From Octopus sinensis (lineage: Eukaryota), in assembly GCF_006345805.1 (NCBI RefSeq), contig NC_042997.1:170190001-170254000 (forward strand): a DNA stretch of 64,000 nt, read 5' to 3'. Positions within the stretch are counted from its first letter, which is position 1. Every line of letters starts with the position of its first letter. Shown piece by piece: positions 12,909 to 26,029 of this stretch. Both the position numbers and the translations under genes were made by a program. The notes beneath the pieces are model-generated. The model did not search any database and was not told the origin of the DNA. It saw only the letters and a program-made list of their open reading frames with translations.

Positions 12909-13753
12909 TTTTATTACAGGGATTATGGTAAAGAATAGATGAATCATATGAAATTATTTTTTTAATATCTTAGTCAGAGGTGAAAGGGTACAGTAATACC
13001 AATAACCCAGTTCAAGACTTTTATAACTGGTAGAAGGAAGGGAATAACTTAATCCTTATATAACTTATAAAATGCTTTGAGCTCTCATGAGATGTCTGGT
13101 ATCTATGCCATCAAGATGTACTTGGGGCTCATTCTTCATTGTACAGTTTTGGACTCTTAGAGGAGAATGCTTTCTGCACATGCACTTGGAGAAGGCCAGC
13201 CTTGTTAGCTGAAATCTTTTATTGCCAGAGGTTTTGAAGTTTATTAAAAGGACTCAAGACTAGTCTCTTGCATGTCAGGAAGTCTTTCTTATAATTCTAT
13301 ATTTTAGAGAGGAGGAATTCTGTACATAATTTACATTGGACAGATATGTGTCCTCATCTTGTTTGTTGTTACCACACTGTTTTGGCTGATTTACTCTCCT
13401 GGTGAGCTGGCAGAATTGTTAGCATGCCGGGCAAAATGCTTTGTGGTAATTCGTCCACCGCTGCATTCTGAGTTCAAATTCTGCCGAGGTCGACTTTGCC
13501 TTTCATCCTTTTGGAGTCGATTAAATAAGTACCAGTTACGCACTGGGGTCGATATAATCGACTTAATCCGTTTGTCTGTCCTCGTTTGTCCCCTCTGTGT
13601 TTAGCCCCTTGTGGGTAGTAAAGAAATACATATTTTATTACAGGGATTTTGGTAAAGAATAGATGAATCATATGAAATTATTTTTTAATGCCTTAGTCAG
13701 AGGTGAAAGGGTACAGTAACAGCAATAACCCACTTCAAGACTTTTATAATTGG
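12909..13753 (+). repeat. ~120-bp direct repeat pair (12909-13030 and 13632-13753)
   Basis: ATTTTATTACAGGGATT.TGGTAAAGAATAGATGAATC...CAAGACTTTTATAA.TGGT occurs twice with few mismatches. Confidence 0.85.
13399..13628 (+). mobile_element. tRNA-derived SINE family 2
   Basis: GGTGAGCTGGCAGAA head, GAGTTCAAATTC B-box, conserved GGTCGACTTTGCCTTTCATCC...AAGTACCAG core, tail TTTAGCCCCTTGTGGGTAGTAAAGAAATA. Confidence 0.85.
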
Positions 13754-13871
13754 TGTCCTGGTAGAATTTTGAACCCAACCTGGGGTCTCATTCCTAAGGT
13801 ATTATTTTGTTGATGTTATTGTTGTTATGTTGTTATTTATTCAAGGCACTGCCTGGAATTGAACTCACTAT

Positions 13872-14058
13872 CTTTCTTATTTCTTTACTGCCCACAAGGG
13901 GCTACACACAGAGGGGACAAACGGATTAAGTCGATTATATCGACCTCAGTGCGTAACTGGTACTTAAATTATCGACCCTGAAAGGATGAAAGACAAAGTT
14001 GACCTCAGCGGAATTTGAACTCAGAACATAGTGGCAGATGAAATACCGCTAAGCATTC
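13872..14058 (-). mobile_element. SINE family 2, 5'-truncated
   Basis: Reverse complement of 13440-13628. Confidence 0.8.
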
Positions 14059-14349
14059 TTTCTTATTGTCAGTAACATAGCATCCAAGCTTCTTGAGATC
14101 TGTGCAATTATTGGAACAAATTGGCAGGTGGGTTTCATCTTTATTGATGATCATGTTTTCTGTTTCTATGTCTTGGGAAACAAACTGATTTTGGCTCCCG
14201 TATTCACATGAATACTTGCACATCACCCATTTCACCTCCATAACTGTGTGCTGATTACATGGTATCCCCCAAAAAATGTTTTGTTTGTGGCAGCATTAAC
14301 TTGTATCCAAGAAGTTAATCTGTAGTGAGTGATTGAACCTCTTCATCCT

Positions 14350-14540
14350 GCTAGTGCCTGAGGTGACTGTTCAGGTCAAAGGTGGAATAGAGGGGCCTGG
14401 GGGCATTTATCACAGGAGAGGGTTGGCGAGGAAGTATCAGTTGCACTTTGCATCTTTGGCGTCTGATTTTTGCCTCTTGATATCTATTATTTTCTATCTT
14501 ATCCATTCCCTCAATGATGATATGCTGTCACTTTGGGCTA
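14350..14540 (-). mobile_element. Ancient RTE-like LINE C-terminal fragment
   Basis: HIIIEGMDKIENNRYQEAKIRRQRCK...LYSTFDLNSHLRH* resembles RTE ORF ends; homologous to 34700-34930 (+). Confidence 0.55.
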
Positions 14541-15518
14541 TCCTTGAAAGAAGTCCATTGTATATGTGTGTGTGTGTGTGTGTGTGTTTGTTCCCCATCA
14601 CTGCTTGACAACTGGTGATGTTGTGTTTACTTCTCTGTAACTTAGCAGTTTGGCAAAAAAGCTGGTCTTGGAAATGGAATTTGGAGTGCTCTGCATGGTC
14701 TGGGGCCTGAGGCCAAAATAAAAAGTTTAGATTGCTAATAAAGCTAATATAAAGGAAGCTACCTTTCTGTATCTTCTGTACAGTCCTTACATGAAGGTAA
14801 CACCTTCAGTGATAGATGTCCTAGTGACTCAATGGTTTACAGATCATTACATACTACTGCTTTAAATCATAGTTAAATGTCTCCTTCTATACTGACAACT
14901 GTCATTTATAGAAAAGATATAAAATTCTCACGCTTGAGAAAATATTTGTATTGTGGTATAAAATATAAATTTACTGCAGTGCAATAAAAGAAGAAAAAAA
15001 ATTCAAAAGAACAAATACAATGATCACTGCATTGAAATGTCATTTTGTTACCTGATGTTGGAAGAAAGAAAAGCTGATAATTTCATTTCAAAAGTTCCCT
15101 AACCAGTTCTAGTGACCTACATTTTTTGAAATTCTCAAGAACAACTTTACGTATGTTATATAATGTATGTGAAATATATTTACTTATTTGTAATTTTATA
15201 GGTATTTCTAAAGCATATTTCTAATGTAAATATCAGCAAGTCTTTATGGCTACACAAAAAAATATAAGTTTATAATATTATATTCATAGTGCCTTTACCA
15301 AATACATTTTTTATATACAAGAGTTATGTAGTTAATTGTCTCTAAATTAATACATTACATATCCTTTGTCTTATCACTGTCCCTGAAATGAATCTCTCAG
15401 TTAGGTGATTCTATCACTGACAATGAAATTTGTAACCAATGAAGTAACTAAAAACCCACATGAAAAAAAAAGTGTTTGTCTAAAGACCAAGCCAGTATCT
15501 AATAGAAACTATTGCATA

Positions 15519-15935
15519 AGGTGGTGAGCTGGCAGAAACGATAGCATGCCGGGCGAAATGCGTAGCTGTATTTCGTCTGTCGTTACGTTCTGAGTTCAAA
15601 TTCCGCTGAGGACGATTTTGCCTTTCATCCTTTCGGGGTCGATAAATTAAGTACCAGTTTCGCACTGGGGGCAATATAATCGACTTAATCTGTTTCTGTC
15701 CTTGTTTGTCCTCTCTGTGTGTAGCCCCTTGTGGGTAGTAAAGAAATAGGTATTTTGTCTGCCGCTACGTTCTGTGTTCAAATTCTGCCGAGGTCGACTT
15801 TACCTTTCATCCTTTCGGGGTTGATTAAATAAGTACCAGTTACGCACTGGGGTTGATATAATAGACTTAATCCATTTGTCTGTCCCTGTTTGTCCCTTCT
15901 GTGTGTAGCCCCTTGTGGGCAGTAAAGAAATAAGA
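15519..15935 (+). mobile_element. Dimeric SINE family 2
   Basis: Full monomer plus 5'-truncated monomer joined at AAAGAAATA|GGTATTT; flanked by the AGAAACTATTGC duplication. Confidence 0.85.
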
Positions 15936-17261
15936 AACTATTGCCATAGAAAAAAAAAATAATAAAATTCAAAATCATAAAACCTCAGCATTGAAATATC
16001 ATTCTTTCATTTGTCCTCTTCATTGTCATCGTCATTTAATGTTCTCTTTCCATGTTGACATAAGTTGGACAGTTTCACAGACGCTGGCAAGTCAGAAGAT
16101 TGCACCAAACTCTACTGTTTGCTTTGGCATGGATTCTAGAACTGGATGCCCTTTCAAGTGTCAACCACTTTACCGAGTGACTGGCTCCTTTTTACATGGC
16201 ACCAGTAGCAATGGGGAGTAGTATTGAGGGAGGTGGATTTATGCCTGGTGATGAGAAAACATGCTGGTTGTGTAATGTTAGTCTGAAGGAACAATATTAC
16301 ATCATTACAAGTTCTTATAGAACTTTGCATATAATACCAAAATGGTTCTTTACGCTTGCTTAGCATGAAATAATAGACAAATCTCCCTTAGATTATACCT
16401 AAAAGGAGAGGGACACATTATTGATAACTTAGTCCTAGTTATTCCTAAAACGACAGAATAATAACAGCTAGAATGCTTTTGGTCATAGAGTCTCTGAACA
16501 ACAACTAAAGTATTCCTGTACAAGCATGGCTGTGTGGTTAAGAAGTTCACTTTGCAGCCATATTGTTTTGAGTTCAACCCCATTGCACGGCACATTGGGC
16601 AAGTATCTTTTACCATGGCCACAGGTTGCTCAATGTCTTGCGAGTGAATTTGGTAGATGGAAACTGTGTAGAAGCCCATCATATGTACATATATATACGT
16701 GTGTGTGTGTGTGTATATATATTTATATATCATCATCATCATCATCATCATCGTTTAGCGTCCGTTTTCCATGCTAGCATGGGTTGGACGATATATATAT
16801 ATATATATATACACATCGTTATTTAATGTCTGTTGTTCATGCTGGCATGGGTTGGACAGTTTGAGCAGGGATGGCAAGCTGGGAGGCTGAACCAGACTCC
16901 AGTCTGATTTGGTATGGATTCTATGGCTGGATGCCCTTCCTAACGTCAACCACTTCAAGAGTGTAATGAGCACTTTTATGTGTCACTGGCACAGGTGCCA
17001 TTTGCATAGGTGCAGGCATGGCTGTGTGGTAAGAAGCTTGCTTTTCAAACATGAAAATTGTCTGCTGTCCCCAACCAAAGAAAAACAGTGGGGACGATAC
17101 TTATAATTGTCTCAGCTGATAATTTATTCTACAGCAACAACAGCAGATCATTTAAACTCCACAAGTCAGCAATGCTTAGTCACTGAACGTGGATCACATA
17201 GGATGATTTTGTTACTCTGTGCACATTTCAGACAAGTCCAGCTGATAGCACTTCTGTACCT

Positions 17262-17493
17262 ATTTCTTTACTACCCACAAGGGGCTAGACACAGAGAGGA
17301 CAAACAAGGACAGACAAATGGATTAAGTCGATTATATCGACCCCAGTGCATAACTGGTACTTATTTAATTGACCCTGAAAGGATGAAAGGCAAAGTCGAC
17401 CTCGGTGGAATTTGAACTCAGAACATAGCAGCAGACGAAATACCGCTAAGCATTTTGCTCGGCGTGCTAACGTTTCTGCCAGCTCACCGCCCT
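17262..17493 (-). mobile_element. SINE family 2 with 10-bp TSD
   Basis: TTCTGTACCT at 17252-17261 and 17497-17506. Confidence 0.88.
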
Positions 17494-17817
17494 GATTTCT
17501 GTACCTGTAGAGTTTACCACAATACTTGGCCCAGAGTTTCTAAAAATTATCCATAATTCCTGGCCAGAAAACCCTAGGGAGTAGAGTAGCTGTTACATCT
17601 AGCGTTTCCCTGAGAATGTCATTGCTCCTCCCTACTGTTATTCCTCTATAGAATGTTAATGTGAATGTTCCATTAGATGCACTGTCTGTTGGTTAGAGAA
17701 CTGTGAATGTCTCACAATGTTTTGTTACATTTCAAATGTTAGGAACCCAATCTTTGTCTTTACTTGACTCAGGCTGGCAGAAACTCAAAAAAACATGAGC
17801 TGTGATAAAATGTACCT

Positions 17818-18227
17818 ATTTCTTTATTACCCACAAGAGGCTAAACACAGAGGACAAACAAGGACAGACAAATGGATTAAGTCAATTATATCGACTCCAG
17901 TGCGCAACTTGGCCTTAATTTATCGACCCCGAAAGGATGAAAGAAGTCGACCTCGGCGGAATTTGAACTCAGAACGTAATGGCAGACAAAACACCTATTT
18001 CTTTACTACCCAAAAGGGGCTAAACACAGAGAGGACAAACAAGGACAGACAAACAGATTAGGTCGATTATATCAACCCCAGTGCGTGACTGGTCCTTAAT
18101 TTATCGACCCCGAAAGGATGAAAGGCAAAGTCGACCGTGGCAGAATTTGAACTCAGAACATAACGGCAGACGAAATACCGCTAAGCATTTCGCCCGGTGT
18201 GCTAACGTTTCTGCCAGCTCGTCACCT
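17818..18227 (-). mobile_element. Dimeric SINE family 2 with 17-bp TSD
   Basis: TGTGATAAAATGTACCT at 17801-17817 and 18228-18244; same dimer junction as 15519-15935. Confidence 0.88.
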
Positions 18228-18984
18228 TGTGATAAAATGTACCTGAATAACAATGACCACATGTTCATTGTGTGGGAATATCTGCTGATGCTGTATCTCC
18301 TCAGTTGATGTCTGTGCACCATCAACAGCCCCATCATGGTAGCCCTCCCTCTAGTACAAAAGGTGTTGGTTGCAGATGGACCAATGAATACACAACATGT
18401 ATTACTAAAGATTTCGTTTTTATATTATCTGACAAAGTAAGGTTAGCTTTAGTGTGACCACCTTCTTCCATTTCCAAATTACTGGTTATATCTACATAGA
18501 ATACACAGGCCTGACTGTATAAATGAAATGAAATGGTTGGTGTATGAAACAGTGACAAGGTCAAATCGACTTCAACTGGTGTACCTTCTTTCTTCTTCTT
18601 TTCTTTTCTCTCCAAACAACTGACAATAGCTAAACAGAAAACACAGACATGACAATTAAATGAAATGGTTGCTATTAGAAACTCAGTTTTCAATTCAGCC
18701 TAACATGAACTCTCCTCAATTACTAATTCTAAACTAGTACATGTGTATTGTTGTGGTTGTGGTAACAGTGGTGGTGGTGGCAGTGGTAATGGTGGCAGTG
18801 GTGGTGGTGGCGGTGGCAGTGGTAATAGTGGCAGTGGCAGCAGTGGTGGCAGTGGTGATAGTAGTGGTGGTGTTGTGCGTGTGATTTTGTGTGTGTGTGT
18901 GTGTGTACAATGAGCATGGGGTTTTTGCACAGTTTCTGACACCAAATTTCATTCACAAGGCATTGGTCAATCTGAAGCAATGTA

Positions 18985-19470
18985 TTCAGTGACGTGCAGC
19001 CAAGAGAACACCCTCCATTAGGCATTTGCCATATTCTGAACGCCTTACTTCCCTGGGCATGGATACATTGAAATCCGACTTCTGGCAGCTGACTTGGCAG
19101 ACACCCATAAAATTATTAACTCTGAGCACCTTTTCAAACTCCACCTGTCTAACAGCCGTGGACATGTTTACAAAGTCAGAAAACAGCACACCTCCCATGA
19201 CTTTCGGAAACATTTTTCACACTAAGAGTTGCAGAAGTATGGAACAAACTGCCAGCATCAGTTGTTAGCTGTCGGAGCACTGCATCCTTCAAAACTTCCA
19301 TGCTTCCTGAGATTCGCCAACACTACACCTGATTTTCTCCCCTCCATACATACGCAAGCATGCATCTGACTCATACACTGTTCACTTCCCAGATATTTGT
19401 ACATTACTGCATATGCTTTTGACAAGTTGTGGTGCACCTGAGCACTGCATACAATAATTTCATTATTATA
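18985..19470 (+). mobile_element. CR1-like LINE 3' fragment
   Basis: LPYSERLTSLGMDTL... and VRKQH..HDFRKHF motifs; 3' UTR ending GTGGTGCACCTGAGCACTG..TACAATAATTTCATTATT. Confidence 0.8.
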
Positions 19471-20069
19471 CCTGGTAATGGAATTGACACTAGACCCACT
19501 CAGTTGCAAATTGAAATTCATAACCACACGGACTTATCTACATCCATAAAATAATATAAAAATTAAAAAAAATTTCATTAAAAAAAATTCATAAAAATTT
19601 TCAATGGCGGTGCCCCAACATGGCCACAGCTCATGAGCTGAAAGTAGATGAAATAAAGTAAAAAATTTAAATTAGGTTTCCATTTGTTCACTCTTTAATT
19701 AATACTGAGAAAGTAATTTTTTCCCAATATGTCACAGAATGCAATGTAACCAAACTGGATTCCTTGTTTTAAATATTCTACTAAGTATTGTAATAAAATT
19801 GCTGTCTTCCATACATATAGACTTGTCCTTTCAGGTGCCGGCGCCACTTAAAAAGAACCCATGTTGGTGTTGTCTAAACGCACCTGTGACAGAGACATGC
19901 AAAAAGCACCCTGCTCACTCTGTTAAGCAGTTGGCATTAGGAAGGGTATCCAGTCGTAGAAAACATGTCACAAGAGACAGTTGGAGCTCAGACAGCTCCC
20001 TGCTAATCAGCTCCATGTCAAAACATCCATGGAGACTGGATGTTAAACGATGAAGATGATGATGACGAT

Positions 20070-20505
20070 GGTAGAATTGCTACCACATTGGGTAAGATGT
20101 TTAGCAGCATTTCATCTATCTTTGCATTCTGAATTCAAATTCTACCAAAGTCGACTTTGCCTTTTATCCTCTCAGTGCCAATGAAATAACTACTAGTTGA
20201 ACACTGGGGTCGATGTAATCAGCGTAAACCTTTACCCCAAACTTTCTGGTCTGGTGCCAAAATTTGAAACCAATATTAATTATGAAGATAAGGCAGCAAG
20301 TTGACAGAACTGTTAGCATGCCAGGCAAAATACTTAGTGGCATTTCATTTATTTTCAGATTCTGAGTTCAAATTCTGCTGAGGTTGACTTCATCTTTCTG
20401 GGTCAGTAAGATAAGTACCAATTGAGTACTGGGGTTGATGTAATTGACTTACCCACCAATACACTCTGAAATTACTGGCCTTGTGCCAAAATTTGAAATC
20501 ATTAT
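20070..20505 (+). mobile_element. Two tandem diverged SINE family 2 copies with an alternative tail
   Basis: Same head/core as 13399-13628 but ending GGCCTTGTGCCAAAATTTGAAA.CA.TATT. Confidence 0.7.
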
Positions 20506-20797
20506 TCTTATCTGTGTATGTTTTTTTTTGTGTTCTTTCTCTGCATGTCTAACAGTCAATCAATCAATATTTTATCTAATTAAAGCAAGTATGGTACACA
20601 GATTCAATTGCGTAACAATTCATTATCAAAGTTATCCATCAAAAAGTGATTAACCATATTGTTTTCCAATAAATTTCTATTTTTTTATCTTACCAACTTT
20701 TGCACACATGCAAAACACTAACACATGCATATGCACACACACACACACACACATACACACACACACACACACACAACACACACACACACAAACACAA

Positions 20798-20830
<33 letters not shown>

Positions 20831-21282
20831 CACTTATACACAGAGTCAATAAGCAATTCTACTTGGCCGTTTGTTTTGTTAGAAATAGCAGTCAAGCTTC
20901 CTTTGAATTAGCAAAGTTTTTAAGAATTCCGATGGAAGGCTACATGGTATTTGGCTTAACTCTCTGTGGCTTGAGTTCAAATTCTGTTATGGTCAACTCT
21001 GTCTTTCATCCTTTTGAGCTCAATAATAAGTACCAATCTTGAGCAGCAGATTAGTTGAACTTTAAGAATAATAGATCAGTGCCTTGCAGTATTTGTTCCA
21101 GTTCTTTGCATTCTGACCCCAACACCCAGTCTATTTGGGCTATAGCCTCAGTCTCTCACCCAGTTTAACACCACCACATGGTACTTTGGTTGTTTTTAGG
21201 AGGGTTCTCTCTGCTGCAAGCATTTCAGTCAGGTCTCTAGTTAGAGGCTATCATCTTCCTTCCCTCCCACCAGTCTCTTAAG

Positions 21283-21503
21283 CAGTAGTTCTCCAATGGG
21301 GTTCACTTGACCCTTGGAGATCCATATAAGATATTGTTAAAATTTATTTGCAATAAATTGGTTATGCTTCTACAATACACAAAATATGTTTATTTTTATA
21401 CAATGCATAATAATATTTAATTATAAAAAATATAATAGGATTTTTTAAGCATCAAATGGCTATGAGGGTCCACCTGAGTAAAATAGGGTGTTGAGAACCA
21501 CTG
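21283..21503. mobile_element. hAT (Charlie-like) MITE
   Basis: TIR CAGTAGTTCTC / GAGAACCACTG; 8-bp TSD CTCTTAAG/CTCTAAAG. Confidence 0.75.
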
Positions 21504-21534
21504 CTCTAAAGCATTATAAAGGGTCATAGGCCCT

Positions 21535-21780
21535 TCTTCTTATCTTCTTGAGTCATGCTGACTCATAAGGGCCAGTTTCCTGGTTTCATGGTGTATAAAT
21601 TCCCCAACTGGATAGGATGCTGGTTTGTTACAGGATTATTCCTTTTTGCCAGTTGAGTGGACTGGAGCAATGTGAAATGAAGTCTTTTGCTTAAGAACAC
21701 ATGTTGCCTGGTTCAGGAATCGAAACCACAATCCTACGGTCATGAGTCAACACTCTAACCACTTAGCCATGTACTTCCAC
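21535..21780 (-). mobile_element. V-domain-like tRNA-derived SINE
   Basis: Homologous to 62355-62607; tRNA head with TGGCTAAGTGG and GGTTTCGATTCC. Confidence 0.7.
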
Positions 21781-21936
21781 AGTCATGGGAACTGATTTCC
21801 TAGCTAAAAGAAAATAAGAAAATGAAAGAAACGATATTATTTTTAAATGGAAGGGAGCCCGTATTAACAGTAGATCAGACACTCACAGTAGATTTTTGGT
21901 AAGAGGTTTGTCCAATGGGGCCAACTTGGGGTTAAA

Positions 21937-21974
21937 CAGCAGCAGCAGCAGCGGAGGCAGCAGCAGCAGCGGCA

Positions 21975-22070
<96 letters not shown>

Positions 22071-22077
22071 CAACAAC

Positions 22078-22131
<54 letters not shown>

Positions 22132-22132
22132 C

Positions 22133-22197
<65 letters not shown>
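21937..22197 (+). repeat. (CAG)n(CAA)n compound microsatellite
   Basis: Directly visible; causes spurious poly-Q/N/S/T ORFs. Confidence 0.95.
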
Positions 22198-22198
<1 letters not shown>

Positions 22199-22204
22199 CC
22201 ACAT

Positions 22205-22585
22205 GTATTCTTTTACTTGCTTCAGTAATTTGACTGCAACCATGCTGAAGCACCACCTTGAAAGGCTTTAGTTGAACTACTCGACCCCAGGACTTATTTC
22301 TTAGGCTTAGTACTTATTCTATCGGTCTCTTTTGCTGAGCTGCTAATTTACAGGGCCGTAAACACACCAACACCAGTTGTCAAGCAATCGCGGTGGGACA
22401 AACACAGACACAAATACACACACACACATGATGGGCTTCTTTCAGTTTCCATCTACCAAATCCACTCACAAGGCTTTGGTTGGCCCCGGCTATCATAGAA
22501 GACACTTGCCCAAGGTGCCATGGAGTGGAACTGAACCTGGAACCATGTGGTTGGGAAGCAATCTCCTTACCACACAGCTGCACCT
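22205..22585 (-). mobile_element. SINE family 1
   Basis: Reverse complement of 7468-7860. Confidence 0.85.
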
Positions 22586-23150
22586 ACATACTAACCTACT
22601 TAAACCCTTTGCTCCCTGTGAAACATAGGCCATTGAAAATTTTTCTCTGCTGTTCTCAACTTTGGGCTGTCTCTTCTGCTTTTCTCCAGTTAGATTCCCT
22701 TGTAGATTTTACTACACTGAATCATTTTTTTCCTGCATCAGTTGTTAGCAGTTGAGACACTACATCCTTCAAAACTTCCATGCTTCCTGAAATTCACCAA
22801 CAGTACACCTGATGCCACCTTCCCCTGTTTCCTTTTTTTCCCTTTTTTTCCATTTTTTAAAAAGCCTTTTCCCTGTTTACTTCCTGTACATATTTTATGT
22901 ACTGTTCATACAATTTTGATTACTTTTTCTGATGAGTTGTAGTGCACCTGAGCACTGTATACAATACATTTATTGCTATATTATTACATTACATACCAGC
23001 TTACTCACACATATTCCTATACCAGCATATTTCTCTCAAAATGCCGATACATATAACATACATTAATATAGAAATTCTTAAACTGTCAAATAGCAGCACC
23101 ACCTGACCAAAATAATTACTAGTGAAATTTTTGTCCCACTTCCTTCTTAA

Positions 23151-24017
23151 CCCTTTTGTTACCATATTTTTATTCCAATACACTTTACTCTTTTACTCTT
23201 TTACTTGTTTCAGTCATTTGACTGTGGCCATGCTGGAGCACCGCCTTTAGTTGAGAAAATCGAACCCAGGACTTATTCTTTGTAAGCCTAGTACTTATTC
23301 TATCGGTCTCTTTTGCCGAACTGCTAAGTTATAGGGACCTAAACACACCAGCATCGGTTGTCAAGCGATGTTGGGGGGACAAACACAGACACACAAGCAC
23401 ACACACACACATACATACATATATATATACATATATACGACGGGCTTCTTTCAGTTTCCGTCTACCAAATCCACTCACAAGGCTTTGGTCAGCCCGAGGC
23501 TATAGTAGAAGACACTTGCCCAAGGTGCCACGCAGTGGGACTGAACCCGGAACTATGTGGTTGGTGAGCAAGCTACTTACCACACAGCCACTCCTACGCC
23601 TACTGCCTTTGCCTCAATTAATTCTTAAAATAATGAAGGATTTAGTAAAATAACTTTGTCATTATTAATCTGACATTTTAAGGTAGCGAGCTGGCAGAAT
23701 TGTTAGCGTGCCAGGCCAAATGCTTAATGGCATTTCGTCTGTCCTTACACTCTGAGTTCAAATTCTGCCGAGGTTGAGTTTGCCTTTTATCCTTTTGGGG
23801 TTGATGAAATAAGTACCAGTTACACACTGAGGTCAATATACTTAACTAGCCCTTCCCCCATAATTTCAGGCCTTGTACCTATAGAAGAAAGGATTATTAA
23901 TCTGGTGTTCAGAAACATAAATTTTGACGAAAGGTTTTAATTTAGATTACTTTAAAATAGGAAGTTTATATCATAGAATTAAGGGATGGTCTCAGGTGGA
24001 TCAGTATTAAAAGGGGC
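23151..24017. mobile_element. piggyBac-like MITE interrupted by two SINEs (family 1 at 23184-23601 minus; family 2 at 23680-23900 plus)
   Basis: TTAA CCCTTTTGTTACC start, internal ATTTAGTAAAATAACTT shared with 6214-6423, degenerate AAAAGGGG end. Confidence 0.65.
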
Positions 24018-24709
24018 TAGATAATGAGAAGACAAAAGATTTTGTATCCATGTAATCCTCCTTCTTTCTTTGTAGTGACGTTGAACAGCTTTAAATAGTT
24101 TAAAAACCGTCTTCATTTTTTATTAAAGATGACAGTTTGTCTTACTTCTTTTCAGTCGTCAGTGGCTATTTCCTATGAGAAATGTTGCATAAATACATTG
24201 TTGTACTTGCATAGTACTTCCTAAATGCCATTTGACACATACACCTACATACATAAATACATACATTCATACTACTACTACTACTACCACCACAACCACC
24301 ACCACCATACACACACACACACACGCTAGTATCAACATATTTTATGTTGAATGTGTTACATGTGTACACATCATTATCAACATATTTACATAATTACTCA
24401 CAGATACCATTATATACACATATCCACTGTTTCTTCAACATTTTATTTTCTGTTTTACTAAGGGGTTCACAACGTAAGTGATTTCATTATTTAGCACTAC
24501 GTCAGTGTTGACTGAGCAGCCATTTGATCAAAGGCATTCCAGTTATGGCCATCTCGCCTTTTTTCTATGTGTAGGAACTCAGGCCCACATTATTCAAAGC
24601 AACCTTTTTTAAAGATAGAGTGTAATTTTCAGGACCTTTGGCTACTATTTCTAGCAGATCAAATTATCAGATAGAGAATCCTTTGTAAGTTTGAACACAA
24701 GAGATATCA

Positions 24710-25235
24710 TTCATCATCATCATCATTTAACGTCTGCTTTCCATGCTAGCATGGGTTGGACGATTTGACTGAGGGATAGTGAATCAGATGGCTGCACCAG
24801 GCTTCAATCTTGATCTGGCAGAGTTTCTACAGCTTGATGCCTTTCCTAACGCCAACCACTCCGAGAGTGTAGTGGGTGCTTTTACGTGCCACCGGCATGG
24901 GGGCCAGTCAGGCGGTACTGGCAACGACCTCGCTTGAATCTATTTACACATGCCACCAGCACAGGTGCCAGTAAGGCGACGCTAGTAACGATCACATTCG
25001 AATGGTGCCTTTTACATGCCACTGGCATGGAAGCCAGTTAGCCGCTCTGGCAACGATCACACTCAGATGGTGCTCTTAGCACCCTACTAGCACGGGGCAC
25101 AAGTGCCAGTAAGGCGACGTTGGTAACGATCACACTCGAATGGTGCCTTTTATGTGCCACTGGCACGGAAGCCGGTTAGCCGCTCTGTCAATGATCACAC
25201 TCATATGGTGCTCTTTGCACCCTGCTAGCACAGAT
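24710..25235 (-). mobile_element. RTE 3' UTR fragment with tandem ~60-bp subunits
   Basis: (CAT)n, CCATGCTAGCATGG and repeated GTGCCAGTAAGGCGAC..AACGATCACA units. Confidence 0.85.
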
Positions 25236-26029
25236 GCCAATCATTGAAAAAACACTGGGTTAATAATCTTTCACTATTTGTCCATTTCCACACACATATA
25301 GACACCTTTTTATATTGGCACATGTCCCCATGAATGCTGTTAGATATACAATAGAAACATTCATACGTTTTTATAGCTGCATGGCCTATCACAAAAAGCC
25401 TTATACATACACACACATACACACACACATGTACACATACATGTATGCATGTACACACACACTTGTATTTGAGAGATAATAAAGCAAATACCATTATTTA
25501 CACATATACAGACTTTATTGTTTCATGCACACATGCATATCTTAACAACACTGTGATGTGACATGAACGGTGTTTATATGAAACCACATGAATGCTGCTT
25601 ATATGATATCACATAATACTACAGGAATGCTGTTTATAAGGTATTACTGCTACACAAATGCAGTTTATGATACCATGTGATACCACACAGATGCTGTTTT
25701 TATGCTATCAGATAATGCCCCACAAATACTGTTTATGTGATATCACACATGAATGCTGTTAAGGCAATGAGAGAGCCTCTACATGGTTGCTAGCATTGTT
25801 AGAAATAACTTTAAAATCTCCCTCAAATTGCATTCTACCACCATAGAAAAAGACAGGTTGTATCATGTAGTTTCGGATTCTCAGTTAAGGGGATAAAAGA
25901 CAGGATGGTCACAGTTGTAATGTCTTATATCATAGGTTTGCGCAGTCAGGTTGGCTTGGCCTTAAACAATAACAATATAAATGTTGTTATATGATATCAC
26001 GTAAATGTAAGTTATGTAATATCACATAC

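Noticed and set aside
17055-18693. Apparent GPCR (LSIADL) or cadherin/CSPG-like peptide fragments on the minus strand
   Set aside because: Matches are short, in different frames and broken by stops; a retroelement relic is at least as plausible
21864-22256. Poly-Q/N/S/T/C/L ORFs
   Set aside because: Products of a (CAG)n(CAA)n microsatellite next to a SINE; no splice or coding context
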